This document shows, piece by piece, positions 49,691-61,669 of a stretch of 64,000 bases of DNA. The notes under the pieces were generated by a model that was not told the origin of the DNA, did not search any database, and was given only the letters and a program-made list of their open reading frames with translations. A program made the translations under genes and the position numbers. Positions within the stretch are counted from its first letter, which is position 1. Each line of letters opens with the position of its first letter. The stretch is from Scyliorhinus canicula. Taxonomy: Eukaryota. The stretch spans positions 5,572,327 to 5,636,326 of the forward strand of contig NC_052157.1 in NCBI RefSeq assembly GCF_902713615.1, in the 5' to 3' direction.

Positions 49691-49995
49691 ATGTAACTAA
49701 TAGCAGACAGAGCACCATCAGGCTATTGGAATACAGAGGAGCAGGCTGGCTGAATCCAAAATCCCACTCTCATAGATAGACAAACATTCCTGCTGTGATG
49801 AATAAACAGCAGTCAGCTTTAGAAACCCTGGCTGATTGTTGCCCTCCCCACATCTCAGACGGTGAAGTCTATAGCAATCAAACTGCTACCTTCGCTGAAA
49901 TTCGCCAGCTTTGGTGAGAGACCAAGGATTAAATCTGGGCTTTGTGTTGAGAGCCTGGTTTTGTTCTCTGCAATAGTTCTATGTACTGGCCAAAA

Positions 49996-50306
49996 GGCGG
50001 CACGGTAGCACAGTGGTTAGCACTGTTGCTTCACAGCACCAGAGTCCCAGATTCGATTCCTGCTTGGGTCACTGTCTGTGCGGCGTCTGCACATTCTCCC
50101 CGTGTCTGCGTGGGTTTCCTCCGGGCGCTCCGGTTTCCTCCCACAAGTGCTGAAAGACGTGCTGTTAGGCAAATTGGACACTCTGAATTCTCCCTCTGTG
50201 TACCCGAACAGACGCCGGAGTGTGGCGACTCGGCGCTTTTCACAGTAACTTCATTGCAGTGTTAATGTAAGCCTACTTGTGACAATAACGATTATTATAT
50301 TATTAT
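49996..50306 (+). mobile_element. V-SINE with (ATT)n tail, about 45 nt from an SPG11 donor
   Basis: Same structure as 20327. Confidence 0.86.
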
Positions 50307-50351
50307 AAATATCAAAAAGAAGGCTTGAATAAAAAACACACCATACACTAC

Positions 50352-50552
50352 CTTCAGAAATAGCTGAAATCCTCGGACAAGTTGTTTGCCTTTTCCTCTT
50401 TCCAGTAACACTTTCCACATCAGTGACAGGTCGTGGAGATTCCATTCATGATATTCTATCGAATCGTTAATGTGCTTTGTAGCCTCAGCAATGATGATAT
50501 CATCCAATGACACAACAACCCAAACACAAAGACACTGTAGAACATCTGTTTC
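50352..50552 (-). CDS. SPG11: spatacsin coding exon (approx. human exon 26)
   Basis: ETDVLQCLCVWVVVSLDD...HEWNLHDLSLMWKVLL..LVRGFQLFLK; cag|GAA and AAG|gtagt; 201 nt. Confidence 0.95.
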
Positions 50553-50759
50553 CTGTGAATGAAAAGATGAGCAATTACTCTTAGCAACAGCAGAGTAATC
50601 ATAGACAAGGGCAAGAATGAAAGCCATCATTTCGGAGGTCCCTGCCTCGAAAAAATTCTTTTTCTCTTCCTATCTCCAACCTTTTTCGATACATGCTCGA
50701 CTTCATCTAGTTTGTACTTCCCAACTTCCCTCTTACAGTTTTAGCTTGGCGATGGTTAG

Positions 50760-51106
50760 GGGCAGCAGGGTAGCATGGTGGTTAGCATAAATGCTTCACA
50801 GCTCCAGGGTCCCAGGTTCGATTCCCGGCTGGGTCACTGTCTGTGTGGAGTCTGCACGTCCTCCCCCTGTGTGCGTGGGTTTCCTCCGGGTGCTCCGGTT
50901 TCCTCCCACAGTCCAAAGATGTGCGGGTTAGGTGGATTGGCCATGCTAAATTGCCCGTAGTGTCCTAATAAAAGTAAGGTTAAGGGGGGGGGTTGTTGGG
51001 TTACGGGTATAGGGTGGATACGTGGGTTTGAGTAGGGTGATCATGGCTCGGCACAACATTGAGGGCCGAAGGGCCTGTTCTGTGCTGTACTGTTCTATGT
51101 TCTATG
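50760..51106 (+). mobile_element. young full-length V-SINE (HE1-like)
   Basis: A/B boxes, V core, CR1-type tail ..gggccgaagggcctgttctgtgctgtactgttctatgttctatg. Confidence 0.9.
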
Positions 51107-51191
51107 ATGGTCTGCATCTTGACCTTTCAACCTTTGTTTTTTAAAATTCTACTGCTCAGAAGGTAATATACTGATAGAGGGAGACATTTTA

Positions 51192-51377
51192 GGGGCTGGT
51201 TTAGCTCACTGAGCTAAATCGCTGGCTTTTAAAGCAGACCAAGCAGGCCAGCAGCACGGTTCGATTCCCGTACCAGCCTCCCCGGACAGGCGCCGGAATG
51301 TGGCGACTAGGGGCTTTTCACAGTAACTTCATTGAAGCCTACTCGTGACAATAAGTGATTTTTATTTCATTTCATTT
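51192..51377 (+). mobile_element. short tRNA-derived SINE, second head type
   Basis: ggggctggtttagctcactgagctaa..ggttcgattcccgtacc plus shared tail and (cattt)n. Confidence 0.85.
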
Positions 51378-51842
51378 AAGTTCAGGAGCTTTTGTTTTTG
51401 ATTTTGAGAATATTCAATATATTCTTTGCATGAAAGATCTTGTTGCAAAGATTAGAAAACATAGTCAATAATAAAACCACATCTGCATTTTATCTATTAA
51501 TTGATTGATTGTGCTTGTCCCAGTGAAAACCTGGCTTTATATAATTATGATTTATAGACACAAGGACTTCATTGCATGATGAATGTTCCGGTTACAATCT
51601 GTTCAGAGCAATTCTAACCATTTTAAATAGTTTCATGCACAGCTTTGTCTTATGGGCAAGGTCACTGAATCAACTGCACACCATATGCAGTTATGTTCCT
51701 TCAGCATCATCAGAGTAAATCTATAATTAAGAGGAGTCCACATTAAAATATATCCTGCCACCAGAGAAATTTCACCCAGTTTATACCACAATGTCGATCA
51801 GGAGTTAAATTCAGCTCTGAAAGGCTTAATGTTCAGTTATTT

Positions 51843-52592
51843 TCATTCTCTCAAGAAGATGTGGGTATCATTAGCCTGGTCAGCATTTATTGCCCATCCC
51901 CACCTGCCCTTGAAGGTGATGAGCCACCTTCTTGAACCACTGCAGTCCTTACGGTTTAAGGTGAGAGTTCCAGGATTGTGACCCAGTAACAGTGAAGGAA
52001 CAGCAGTAGGAGTTTCAAGTCAGGATGTCGGGTGCCTTGAAGGGAACTTGCAGGTGGTGCTGCTTCCATGCATCTGCTGTCCCTGTCCTTCTAGGCATTG
52101 GAGGTCAGGATGTGAAAGATGCTGTCAAAAGGCCCCTGGTTAGTCACTGCAGTGCATCGCGTAGGTGGTGCATGCTGTTGGCACTGTGCTTCGATGGTGG
52201 AGGGAATGAATGCTGAAGGTGGTGGATCGGGTGTCAGTCAAGCAGGCTGTTTTGTCCTGGATAGTCTGAAGCGCCTTGAGTGTTGCTGAAGCTGCACTCA
52301 TCCAGGCAAGTTGAGAGTATTCCATTACACTCCTGACTTTTGCCTTGTAGATGGTGGACAGGTTTTGGAAAGTCTGGAAGCAAGTTACACACCGCAAAAT
52401 ACCCAGCCTGTGACCAGCTCTCGTGGGCACAGTGTTGATATATGGCTAATCCAGATCAGTTTCTGGTCAATGGTAACCCCAAGATGTTGACAGTGTGGCT
52501 TCAGTTATGGCAATGTCATTGAATGCCAAGATGGAGGTGGTTAGATTCTCTCTTATTGAAGATGGCCATTGCCTGGCACTTGTGTGGCGCAA
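51843..52592 (-). mobile_element. CR1/L2-group LINE ('family B') 3' fragment
   Basis: LSTIYKAKVRSVMEYSQLAWMSA..IQDK motif; same motif on + strand at about 54140-54360. Confidence 0.78.
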
Positions 52593-54740
52593 AACATCTG
52601 CCAGGATGGTATGCTTGCACACCACATCAGTCTTAGGACAGTGAGGTCCGTTAACACATTGGAGAGTAAATTATGTGATGTTCAAATGACTTCGGCCCAG
52701 CAAACTGTCAGCTGCTAGGGAAGCAGCAGCTAAAATTAGTTACAGTGCAGAAGATAATCCCTGGACATGGGGGACAGCGAGAAATCAATATTGATTGTAA
52801 ATCAGAGTCAATGGTAATCTGTGGCAGGTGTTGGGCTTGCGACTTAGGAAGCCCCAACACAAACCACTTCAGCGCTGCTCCCTGGGTCTACCCAACAATC
52901 CTCCAACTACCATCATTTACCTGGGTGCCGTGGCAAACCTGGGCCTCTGGTGTGTGCGGTACACGGCAGCAGCCAAGATATCCCTGGTGGCTCTGCTGAG
53001 CAAGGACGAGCTCATCCCTCTGATTGGCCAGTAGTTCCCGGCAGTGTTGGGGGAGGGGTACTGCTTCCTGGGTTCATAATATCAGGGAAGGGCCACCACT
53101 GGCCTCTTAATGTCTTCTAGGTGCTAATGCAGCTAGCCTTGCTGAAGAGGCAACGTTGTACTCTTGCCAGCTCTTCAGTTGATGGACAAGATCCCAGTTT
53201 ACATTAAATTCCACCCTGGTTTCCATATTTAAGCAGAATGGGCCTATAATTGAATTACCCTGCCCCTGCTAATCTACTCCAACACACAATCTATAGATTT
53301 AAGACAACCCAAGAGGAAAAGGACATTTCAAAAACTCCTGAACAAGGATTATTTTTTAACAAGCTTTCAAACAGACCATTAATCATTTGGTGCTGGTGCT
53401 AAACCTGCAATTGGAGCAACATAATAAATTCAGCAATCTACTTTTCAGTGCGTTATTAGAAGAATTATACTTGCACTCTCAATAACGTAGGCTTTGTTTT
53501 GTCAAGCTTTTTCTTCCTCTCTGAAACCTCACTTGCTGATTGTATAGTTGGTTTTGCATTACACACAGAAACTGCCTGAACAGCTAAATGGTGTTTTACA
53601 ATGATGCCAATTGCTTCCTCCGCAGGATTGAAGCAACAATATCTGACAAAGTCATCCCCCTCAAAACGTTACCTCCCTTCTCTCTCCACAGATCCGGTCA
53701 GACCTGCTGAGATTGTCCAGCATTTTCTGTTTTTGTTTCAGATCCCAGCACCCACAGTAACTTGCTTTGATATTACAATAATATCGGGGCTAATTATCCA
53801 ATAACAAAATTGTGATCACAGACAATTCCTAGAATGTGACTGAAATAAGAGATACAAAAATGTACGGAACTTGGTGAGTAATGTAAAATCTGCTGTTTCC
53901 TTTTACAAATTTAAAAACCTAGATGGAGGTCTGAAGTTCATAGTACAGAACATCTCAATGATTGATGGGAAAATGGATACGAATCAGCAAGTGATGATGA
54001 TTACATCATTTTAGTCCATTCCTCGAATTCAGGTCAACGAGCAAGATGTGATTGGTGATGTTGCAAATCTGTATTTGATTTGCTTACTCAAATACTTTAC
54101 TTTAAAAAGGCCGGAGACCAGGAATTCTCCAGAGAGTAACTCACCTCCTGACTCCCCATGCCTGTCCACTATCTACAAGACACAAGTCGGGAGTGTGATG
54201 GAATACTCTCCACTTGCCTGGATGAGTGCAGCTCCAACAACACTCAAGAAGCTCAACACCATCCAGGACAAAAACAGCACACTTAATTGGCACACCATTC
54301 ACCACCTTCCAACATTCACTCCCTCCACCACCAACGTACAGTGGCAGCAGTGTATAATATCTACCAGAACTAGTGAAAATAGTCAAAAACACAATGAAAT
54401 TTGTGACCTATTGTGCTTTTTTGAAAAGTATTTCTAGGTAAGGGGATTTACAGTACAAGTAGAACAGGGGGTCAAAGTCGGAGTAAGTGGGGTAGGCCAA
54501 TTAGGGGTGAGATGAGGGGAAATGTCTTCACTCAAAGGTGGTGACAGAGGATCAGCCATGAGCATATTGAAGGGCAGAGCAGGCTCAAAGGAGGAATCAC
54601 CTACTCCTGCTCCTATTCCCTATATTTTAATGTAATGTTCCAGTCAACCCTGGTCAAAGTGTTCAACTAAATCTCTTAAGCGTTTAGAAACAGGTTCTGA
54701 GTAGTGAAACTCGGGTCCTCCCATCACACTTTACTAAAGG

Positions 54741-54872
54741 GAGAAACAGAAAATGCTAGATAAACTCAAGCACCCATGGAGAGAGAAACAGAGTTAAGGT
54801 TACAAGTCCGTATGACCCTCCTTCATAGATGCTGCCAGACCTGCTGAATTTATCCAACATTTTCTGTTTTTA
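54741..54872. mobile_element. second Penelope-type fold-back family, decayed (another copy at about 53640-53770)
   Basis: aaacagaaaatgctagataaactca ... ctgaatttatccaacattttctgttt inverted arms; agatgctgccagacctgctga core. Confidence 0.55.
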
Positions 54873-55047
54873 TGAAGGATTTCCAACATCCATAGTATTT
54901 TGCTTTTACTACATTTTACTAAAAAGCTTTCATTCAAGCCATTCATCACCAAGATTGGATCTATCCAGAACATTTTATTCAAATGCTTTTCTATTATCAA
55001 ATGTCCCAATTAAATGATTGCATAGAGTTGGCTTGTCCAACCTTTAA

Positions 55048-55395
55048 GGGCAGCACAGTAGCATTGTGGATAGCACAATTGCTTCACAGCTCCAGGGTCC
55101 CAGGTTCGATCCCCGGCTTGGGTCACTGTCTGTGCGGAGTCTGCACATCCTCCCCGTGTGTGCGTGGGTTTTCCTCCAGGTCCTCCGGTTTCCTCCCACA
55201 GTCCAAAGATGTGCAGGTTAGGTGGATTGGCCATGATAAATTGCCCTTAGTGTCCAAAATTGCCCTTAGTGTTGGGTGGGGTTACTGGGTTATGGGGATA
55301 GGGTGGAGGTGTTGACCTCGGGTAGGGTGCTCTTTCCAAGAGCCGGTGCAGACTCGATGGGCCGAGCGGCCTCCTTCTGCACTATAAATTCTATG
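55048..55395 (+). mobile_element. full-length V-SINE with CR1-type tail
   Basis: Head, core and tail ..ggcctccttctgcactataaattctatga. Confidence 0.88.
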
Positions 55396-55725
55396 AAAAA
55401 GTAACAGAATATTTGCGGATTAGGAACAGGCCTCTCAGTTTAACTGGTCTATGTTGGTCTTTGTGCCCCATACCGTCCACTTTCCCCTGTACTCCATCTC
55501 ATCTCAACAGCATCTCCATCTATTCCTTCCTCCCTTATCTGTTATCCAGCCTCACCTTAAATGCATCTACACTGTTCACCTCAACTACTGCCCATGGTAA
55601 CGAGTTCCATATTCCAAACACTCACAGTGTAAAGACGTTTCTGCTGAATTCCTTATTGGACATATTAGTGATTATTTTATGATTAGGACCCCCATGTGTC
55701 AGGACAGCCTCCAGAAGGACCCTAC

Positions 55726-55986
55726 CTGAAAACATGCAGCCAGGATACTCAACACGGGTGCACTGTGTTGCACTGCCTCACTCAAAAGATAACGCCAAGG
55801 CTTTGGCTTTTCTTGGCACCAATAGAGAGCTTGAAAAAGATCCTCAGGAGACTCGTCCTTCTTGTGTTCCTCCTTGGTCACAACACAGCTCACCGAGTTA
55901 TCTTGTGAGACAAACTGCAAGTTCTGAAAAGCTAGTGACAGGTGATCCTGAAGGGTGGCACTGAAGTCTTTCAGTAGTGCCTGCAC
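55726..55986 (-). CDS. SPG11: spatacsin coding exon (approx. human exon 25)
   Basis: VQALLKDFSATLQDHLSLAFQNL...LLSEAVQHSAPVLSILAACFQ; tag|GTG and CAG|gtagg; 261 nt, phase 0-0. Confidence 0.95.
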
Positions 55987-56218
55987 CTATTGAAAAGTAA
56001 CAGATAAAGACACATTAAAAACACAAGAAAGCAGAGTTAGCTGGAATGCTCACGAATTCCAGTTGCTTCGAGCAATTTACTGCCTTTTCTAAAAACAATC
56101 GCGGCCAGCGGATAACAGAACAAACTAACTCCCTCTGTTCTTGCAAAAATGGGACAAAGGACTATTTTTCTGTAGCAGGGCTGATTATTCTTGTGCAACA
56201 GGACCGTGGATAATAATG

Positions 56219-56332
56219 GTGTGGAGATGCTGACATTGGACTGGGGCGGGCACAGTAAGAAGTCTTACAACACCAGGTTAAAGTCCAACAAACCTGTTGG
56301 GACTTTAACCTGGTGTTGTAAGACTTCTTACT
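56219..56332 (-). mobile_element. Penelope-type fold-back element (short)
   Basis: Inverted arms agtaagaagtcttacaacaccaggttaaagtccaaca; TSD gtggataataatg at 56206-56218 and 56333-56345. Confidence 0.8.
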
Positions 56333-57401
56333 GTGGATAATAATGCAGTATGAATGAGCAGTTCCAAGACAAAATGATATTTTTTAAATATCAAAACGAA
56401 CTTCAGGAAACTAATCCCCATCAGCACATGAAAATGTCATTCTTCTGAGAATTTCTGCATAAAATACATGGTCCACTACTAGTCCTAATACTGTTTGGGT
56501 ATTTAAAATAAAAAGAAATCCTGTTAAAAATGTCAATTCTTATTGGAGTGCAATTTCACAGGCACCAGGTGTCCGACTTTCACACTCCAGCATGGACAGT
56601 AATGGCAATAGTTAGGTCACCATCAGATCTTCATGGTCACATTACTGATACTAGCTTTTTACTCCAGATTTATTTAACTGAACCAAATTGAATTCCTTAG
56701 CTTCTGTGGGATGACATGTCTTGATTACTAGTCTAAGCCTCTTGATTAGAAGTCTATAAAATAGCCCGCTATGCTGTTGTTCTCATATACTGGGTTGTTC
56801 TCGACGGTGTTCCACAGATAATATTTTAATTCCTGGACACTCCAGGATACTTCTGGAGGGTTGGCAAGCTTGTGATGGGAGTTTCGTTTTAATTTAATAT
56901 CAGCAGGAAGCATGTGTGCAGATGCCAGAGGCAGGTTGTGCATGGGAGCTGCGTAGATGCTTCAGAAATTATTTCAACTGGTGTGTTAATTTGGCTACTT
57001 CTTAACAATTCCTTCAAGGTAGTTACTCACCACAGTTCTGGAAAACCTAATTGCCACCCAATTCCGTGCTAATAAATTCCAAATATCAACAAGATATTGA
57101 TCAACTTTAATAAGCTTCAACTGCAAGGCTTTACTGGAACAGAGCTAAATTTCCAATCACTGCTTACCCTTCTAGTGGATGCCTACTTGGTAAGGTTTTA
57201 GCTTCAATGTTATCTGGGCCAGGGATGGGGACAAGAGGAAATGAATTCTAGGCCCCAGTGACAGTCCCAATTCTCCGTGTTCCAATGTGAGCCCTTCTAA
57301 AAGCGGTAAATAGACCACCAGCCATTTTCTTCCAGCAGGAATAAAGGGGGAGGAAGGGTTTAAAAAAATAAAGGAAAAGACATCAGATTACTTTGATATT
57401 T

Positions 57402-57630
57402 AAAAAAAATAAATTTAGAGTACCCAATTCATTTTTTCCAGTTAAGGGACAATTTCTTAGTGTCATCAATCCACCTATCCTGCACATCTTTGGGTTGTGG
57501 GGGCGAAACCCACGCAAACACGGGGAGAATGTGCAAACTCCATACGGACAGTGACCCAGAGCCGGGATCAAACCTGGGACATCGGTGCAGTGAGGCAGCA
57601 ATGTTAACCACTGCGCCACCGTGCTGCCCT
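57402..57630 (-). mobile_element. V-SINE, short A/T-tailed variant with TSD
   Basis: TSD ttactttgatattt at 57388-57401 and 57631-57644. Confidence 0.87.
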
Positions 57631-57983
57631 TTACTTTGATATTTTATGATCTGACTCTATACTGGCTTGAGCAGGAATAGGCCATTCAGCCATTAGAGCT
57701 GGCACTGCCATTCAATTCATTAATATCATGGCTGACCTGTTTGTGGTCTCAACTCCACCTTGCCATCTGCCTCCATCCCCATAACCCGAGACCCTCTTGT
57801 CTCTCAAAAATCTGTAACTCTGCTTTGAATGACCCAGCCTCCACTGCTTTCTGAAGAAGAGAATTCCACAGACTGACAAACCTTTGAGAGAAAAACATTC
57901 CCATTTCAATCTTAATTGGTGGTACTCATTCTTCAAACCGCATCCCCTGGTTCACATTTCTCCCATCACTGGAAATGTCCGTC

Positions 57984-58900
57984 CAAGAACAAAGAACAAT
58001 CCAGCGCAGGAACAGGCCCTTTGGCCCTCCAAGCCTGCACCGGTCATAATACCACACTTTGCCAAAACCCTCAGCACTTCCTTGTGCCGTATCCCTCTAT
58101 ACCCATCCTATCCATGTTTGTCAAGATGCCTTTTGAACGCCGTTAATGTATCTGCTTCCACAACCTCCCCTGGCAACGCATTCCAGGCATTCACCACCCT
58201 GTGTAAAACAAACCTGTCTCGCACATCTCCTCTAAACTTTGCCCCACGGACCTTAAACCTATGCCCCCTGGTGACTGACCCCTCCACCCTGGGAGGGAGT
58301 GTCTGCCCATCCACTCTATCCATGCCCCTCATAATCTTGTAGACATCTTATTAGGTCACCCCTCAACCTCCATCTTTCTAATGAAAACAGTCTGAGTCTA
58401 TTCAGCCTCTCCACATAGCTAACACCCTCCAGACCAGGCAATATCCTGGTAAACCATCTCTGCACCCTCTCCAAAGCCTCCACATCATTCTGGTAGCCAT
58501 GATGTGGAGATGCCCGCGTTGGACTGGGATGAGCACAATATGAAGTTTTACAACACCATGTTAAAGTCCAACAGGTTTGTTTCAAATCACTAGCTTTCGG
58601 AGCTAGTGATTTGAAACAAACCTGTTGGACTTTAACCTGGTGTTGTAAAACTTCTTACTATCCTTCTGGTAGTGTGACGACCGGAATTGTGTGCAATATT
58701 CCAAGTGCAGGCTTGCCAAGGTTCTATACAAATGTAGCATGACATGCCAGTTTTTATACTCGATGCCCCGTCCAATGAAGGCAAGCATTCTGTATGCTTT
58801 CTTGACTACACTGTCCACTTGTGTTGCCACCTTCAAAGATCTGTGGATCTGCACGCCCTGATCTCTCTGACTTTCTATATTCCAAAGAGTTTTGCTATTT
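57984..58900 (-). mobile_element. CR1 LINE 3' fragment (same family as 41700-43192)
   Basis: VVKKAY.MLAFIGRGIEYK..LEYC, MRGMDRVDG..TRGHRFKV; (ttcttg) tail. Confidence 0.88.
58497..58659 (-). mobile_element. Penelope-type fold-back element inside CR1
   Basis: Inverted arms around agctttcggagct; TSD atc(a/c)ttctggtag at 58484-58496 and 58660-58672. Confidence 0.8.
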
Positions 58901-59105
58901 ACGGCATAACTCTATCATATCTCCTCAGGATCTTGTATACTTCAGTAAGATCACCTCGCACCAATGGTTAGAGACCCAACCTGCTCAACATTTCTTCACA
59001 AGGCAAGCTCCTCACTTCAGGAAATGAGTGGGGTGAACTTTCTCTGAACTGCTTCTAACCCAATTATATCATTTTTCAAATTAGGAGACCAAAACTGTAC
59101 AAAGT

Positions 59106-60900
59106 GGGCGGAATTTTCCAATGTTTTTTCGAAATGTCAATCTCGGCCTGAAACCTGGAGAGAATCCCGCTGGCGGGAAAAGTCACCGTATGTTCAGCCT
59201 CTTCAACAAAAACGTTTTCCCACATGTTTCACGCCGCCCCCGTGTCAGCTTGCCTCAGGTTCATTCATCCCGGTAAAACTTAATCTCCGCCATCTGTGGA
59301 GTGGTCCTTTTAAACGCCTCCCAGCAACTTGTTCCAAGTCCGTGCCAGAGAGGCTGTGGCCATGATAGCGAGTGCTAGCTCGCTCCACAAGGACGGGGCT
59401 ACACTGCCAAAAGGAGATTGATGACCACCTTCATGTAGCCAGGGCAAGCCCATCTCCTCATGTCTCCCACTGCACCCCTTAACAGCACCATCACACCTCC
59501 ACGATGATCTCTCTCCTAGCCACCTCACAGGGTCCCAACATACCGCCCATCCCCCATGGTCCCCCAGTAGATAAACTGCTCCTCCCATCCCCTCCCACCC
59601 ATGCCAGACATCATTTCCAGCTGGCCTGGCAGGGCTCCTGCCTACTCCCCAGCCGTCTCATTCCAGGACAAACGTAAATACAACCGTGAGCAGGCACAGC
59701 GAGCTGAAAACCCCAACCCGCTTTGAGCAAAGAGCCCTTGAGCTGGCCGGAGAGCGACAGGGCTGCATCTGCGCAGAGGACAAAATGAAAACCCTCAACA
59801 CATCTAGCCATGGTGCAAGCCTCATGCGAGTTAACCTCCTCCCAGTCTGCCCCCATGATGCACTAATGGCATCTCGCTTCTTTTGCAGGTCAATTGATTC
59901 GCCCGGATCATCCTCATGCCCTCTGGAGATCACAGACCCCAGCAGATCAGAGGAAGATGACCATCGAAGAGGTGCCACAACTGTCACCCGTACCCTCCAC
60001 CAGCACAGATATGGACGCTTCAGTGGGGAAAACTGACAAGCAGCTCTGGGTCACTCACTGCTGAAGATCCACAGCAGGAGGAAGGAATGCCCCAGGTGTC
60101 AGACAGTCAGAAGAATTCCGGAGCCCGGGAATCTGCTAAGCCCCAGGCCGATGACATGTCCCTGGGTACAGTCATCCATCCCAGAGTTGTTGGAGCTACA
60201 AAGGCAGAGTCGTGAGCAGGAGGACAGCATCCGTCCTCGGATTAGGGTTAGGGTTAGGCAACAGAGCCAAGACTGCGAGGGTGGGGTCCGCAATTGAGGT
60301 AGCGGTGCAGGATAGACATTCATTGGCGGGGATGCCTGCTCCATGGTTCAGCTCAGAAAATCCATGGCTGAGGGCACAAGCTCCATGGTGTAGGGTTTCA
60401 ACTGCACGGTGCAGGCAGAAGTGGGAATCCACAAGTGTCAGTGCCAGAGAACAGCAGGGCTTCTGGATCTCACTCCAGCTGTCCCTCTATCCCGGAGGAG
60501 CCCAGAAGGGACCCGAAGGGAAGAGAATCGGCAGGAGTGCAGCCCGCAGCCTTCCATCCAGGAGACCCTGGGGGTGTCCAGTCCATCTAACACTGTCCGC
60601 TCCTGGTGAACAACCAGCCCTGCACACCAAGGGAAGCAGCACTGTAACACACGTGCAACCCAAAAGCAAGCCGGGACCCTCAAGGTCCTGGTCTCCCCAG
60701 GAGTTGCCCGCCAAGGTCATCTCGGACAATGGGGAGTGGATGTCAGCAAGCCACCTCAAACCCAGCTGTGGATCCTGGGGATACACCTAGATATAGCAGG
60801 AAGGGGAGGAAGGGTAAGAAACTGTAGGCACCAAGTGGGCATGGGTGAACCGAAGCACTAGTAGAGATAATAGCAGACTTGTATTAAAGATCACCATGCG
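59106..60900 (+). mobile_element. possible decayed PIF/Harbinger-type element (accessory-protein remnant)
   Basis: Starts gggcggaattttcc; GC-rich; TPTRFEQRALELAG and PSTSTD-like segments resemble recalled Harbinger Myb/SANT accessory ORFs; no right TIR or TSD found. Confidence 0.4.
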
Positions 60901-61414
60901 ATCTTATCTTGCAGTAACGTTTGATGTGGTACCTTATTAAATGTCTTCTGGAAATGCAAGTATACCATATCTACTGGTTCTGCTCTATCCACCTTGCTTC
61001 CTCAAAACATCTAATTAATTAAATATTATTTCCATGATTCTGCCTGATCAAGTTATGATTTTCTAAGTATCCTGCTATCATCCACATAAGAATGGATTCT
61101 GGCAGATCTCCACGATTGATCATTAGGCTAACCGGCCTGTAGTTTCCGGCCTTTTGTCTTGCTCCTTTCTTGAATAAAAGATATTACATTGGCTATTTTT
61201 CAATCCACCTGGACTCTTCCATTATCAAAGAAATTCATTACTAATGCATCGGTCACCTCTGCAGCCATTTCTTTTAGACCCTATGATGCAGGTCAGGGAG
61301 CTTGTAAACGATTACTGACGACGTTATGGTATAGAGCTGCTTGAGCTGGGGAGAGTAGAGAATGAATAACAAAACGGTCAAACAAAGAGTGATTAATCTC
61401 CAAGAACTTGTTAC

Positions 61415-61574
61415 CTCGTCGGGTTGGTAGTTGTGAACCTGAGCAAAGATGACAAACTGCAGCCACTCATCCTCTCGGGCACATTCCTGCAGGTAGGCCA
61501 TGCTCAGGGTGATGTCATGCAGCCTGCAGAATTGGGCCACCAGTGACCACTCCTGACCAGCTTCAAAAGATGCC
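61415..61574 (-). CDS. SPG11: spatacsin coding exon (approx. human exon 24)
   Basis: ASFEAGQEWSLVAQFCRLHDITLSMAYLQECAREDEWLQFVIFAQVHNYQPDE, matching QWALVVQFCRLH..YLRECAKANDWLQF; cag|G and GAG|gtaac; 160 nt. Confidence 0.95.
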
Positions 61575-61669
61575 CTGTGATTAAGCAAGTTCAATGTTAT
61601 TGCTAATCTACTGAAGCCACAACATTTGGAACAAAAAAGGTCCAAATAAATATTGTACTTTCGTGTTAC

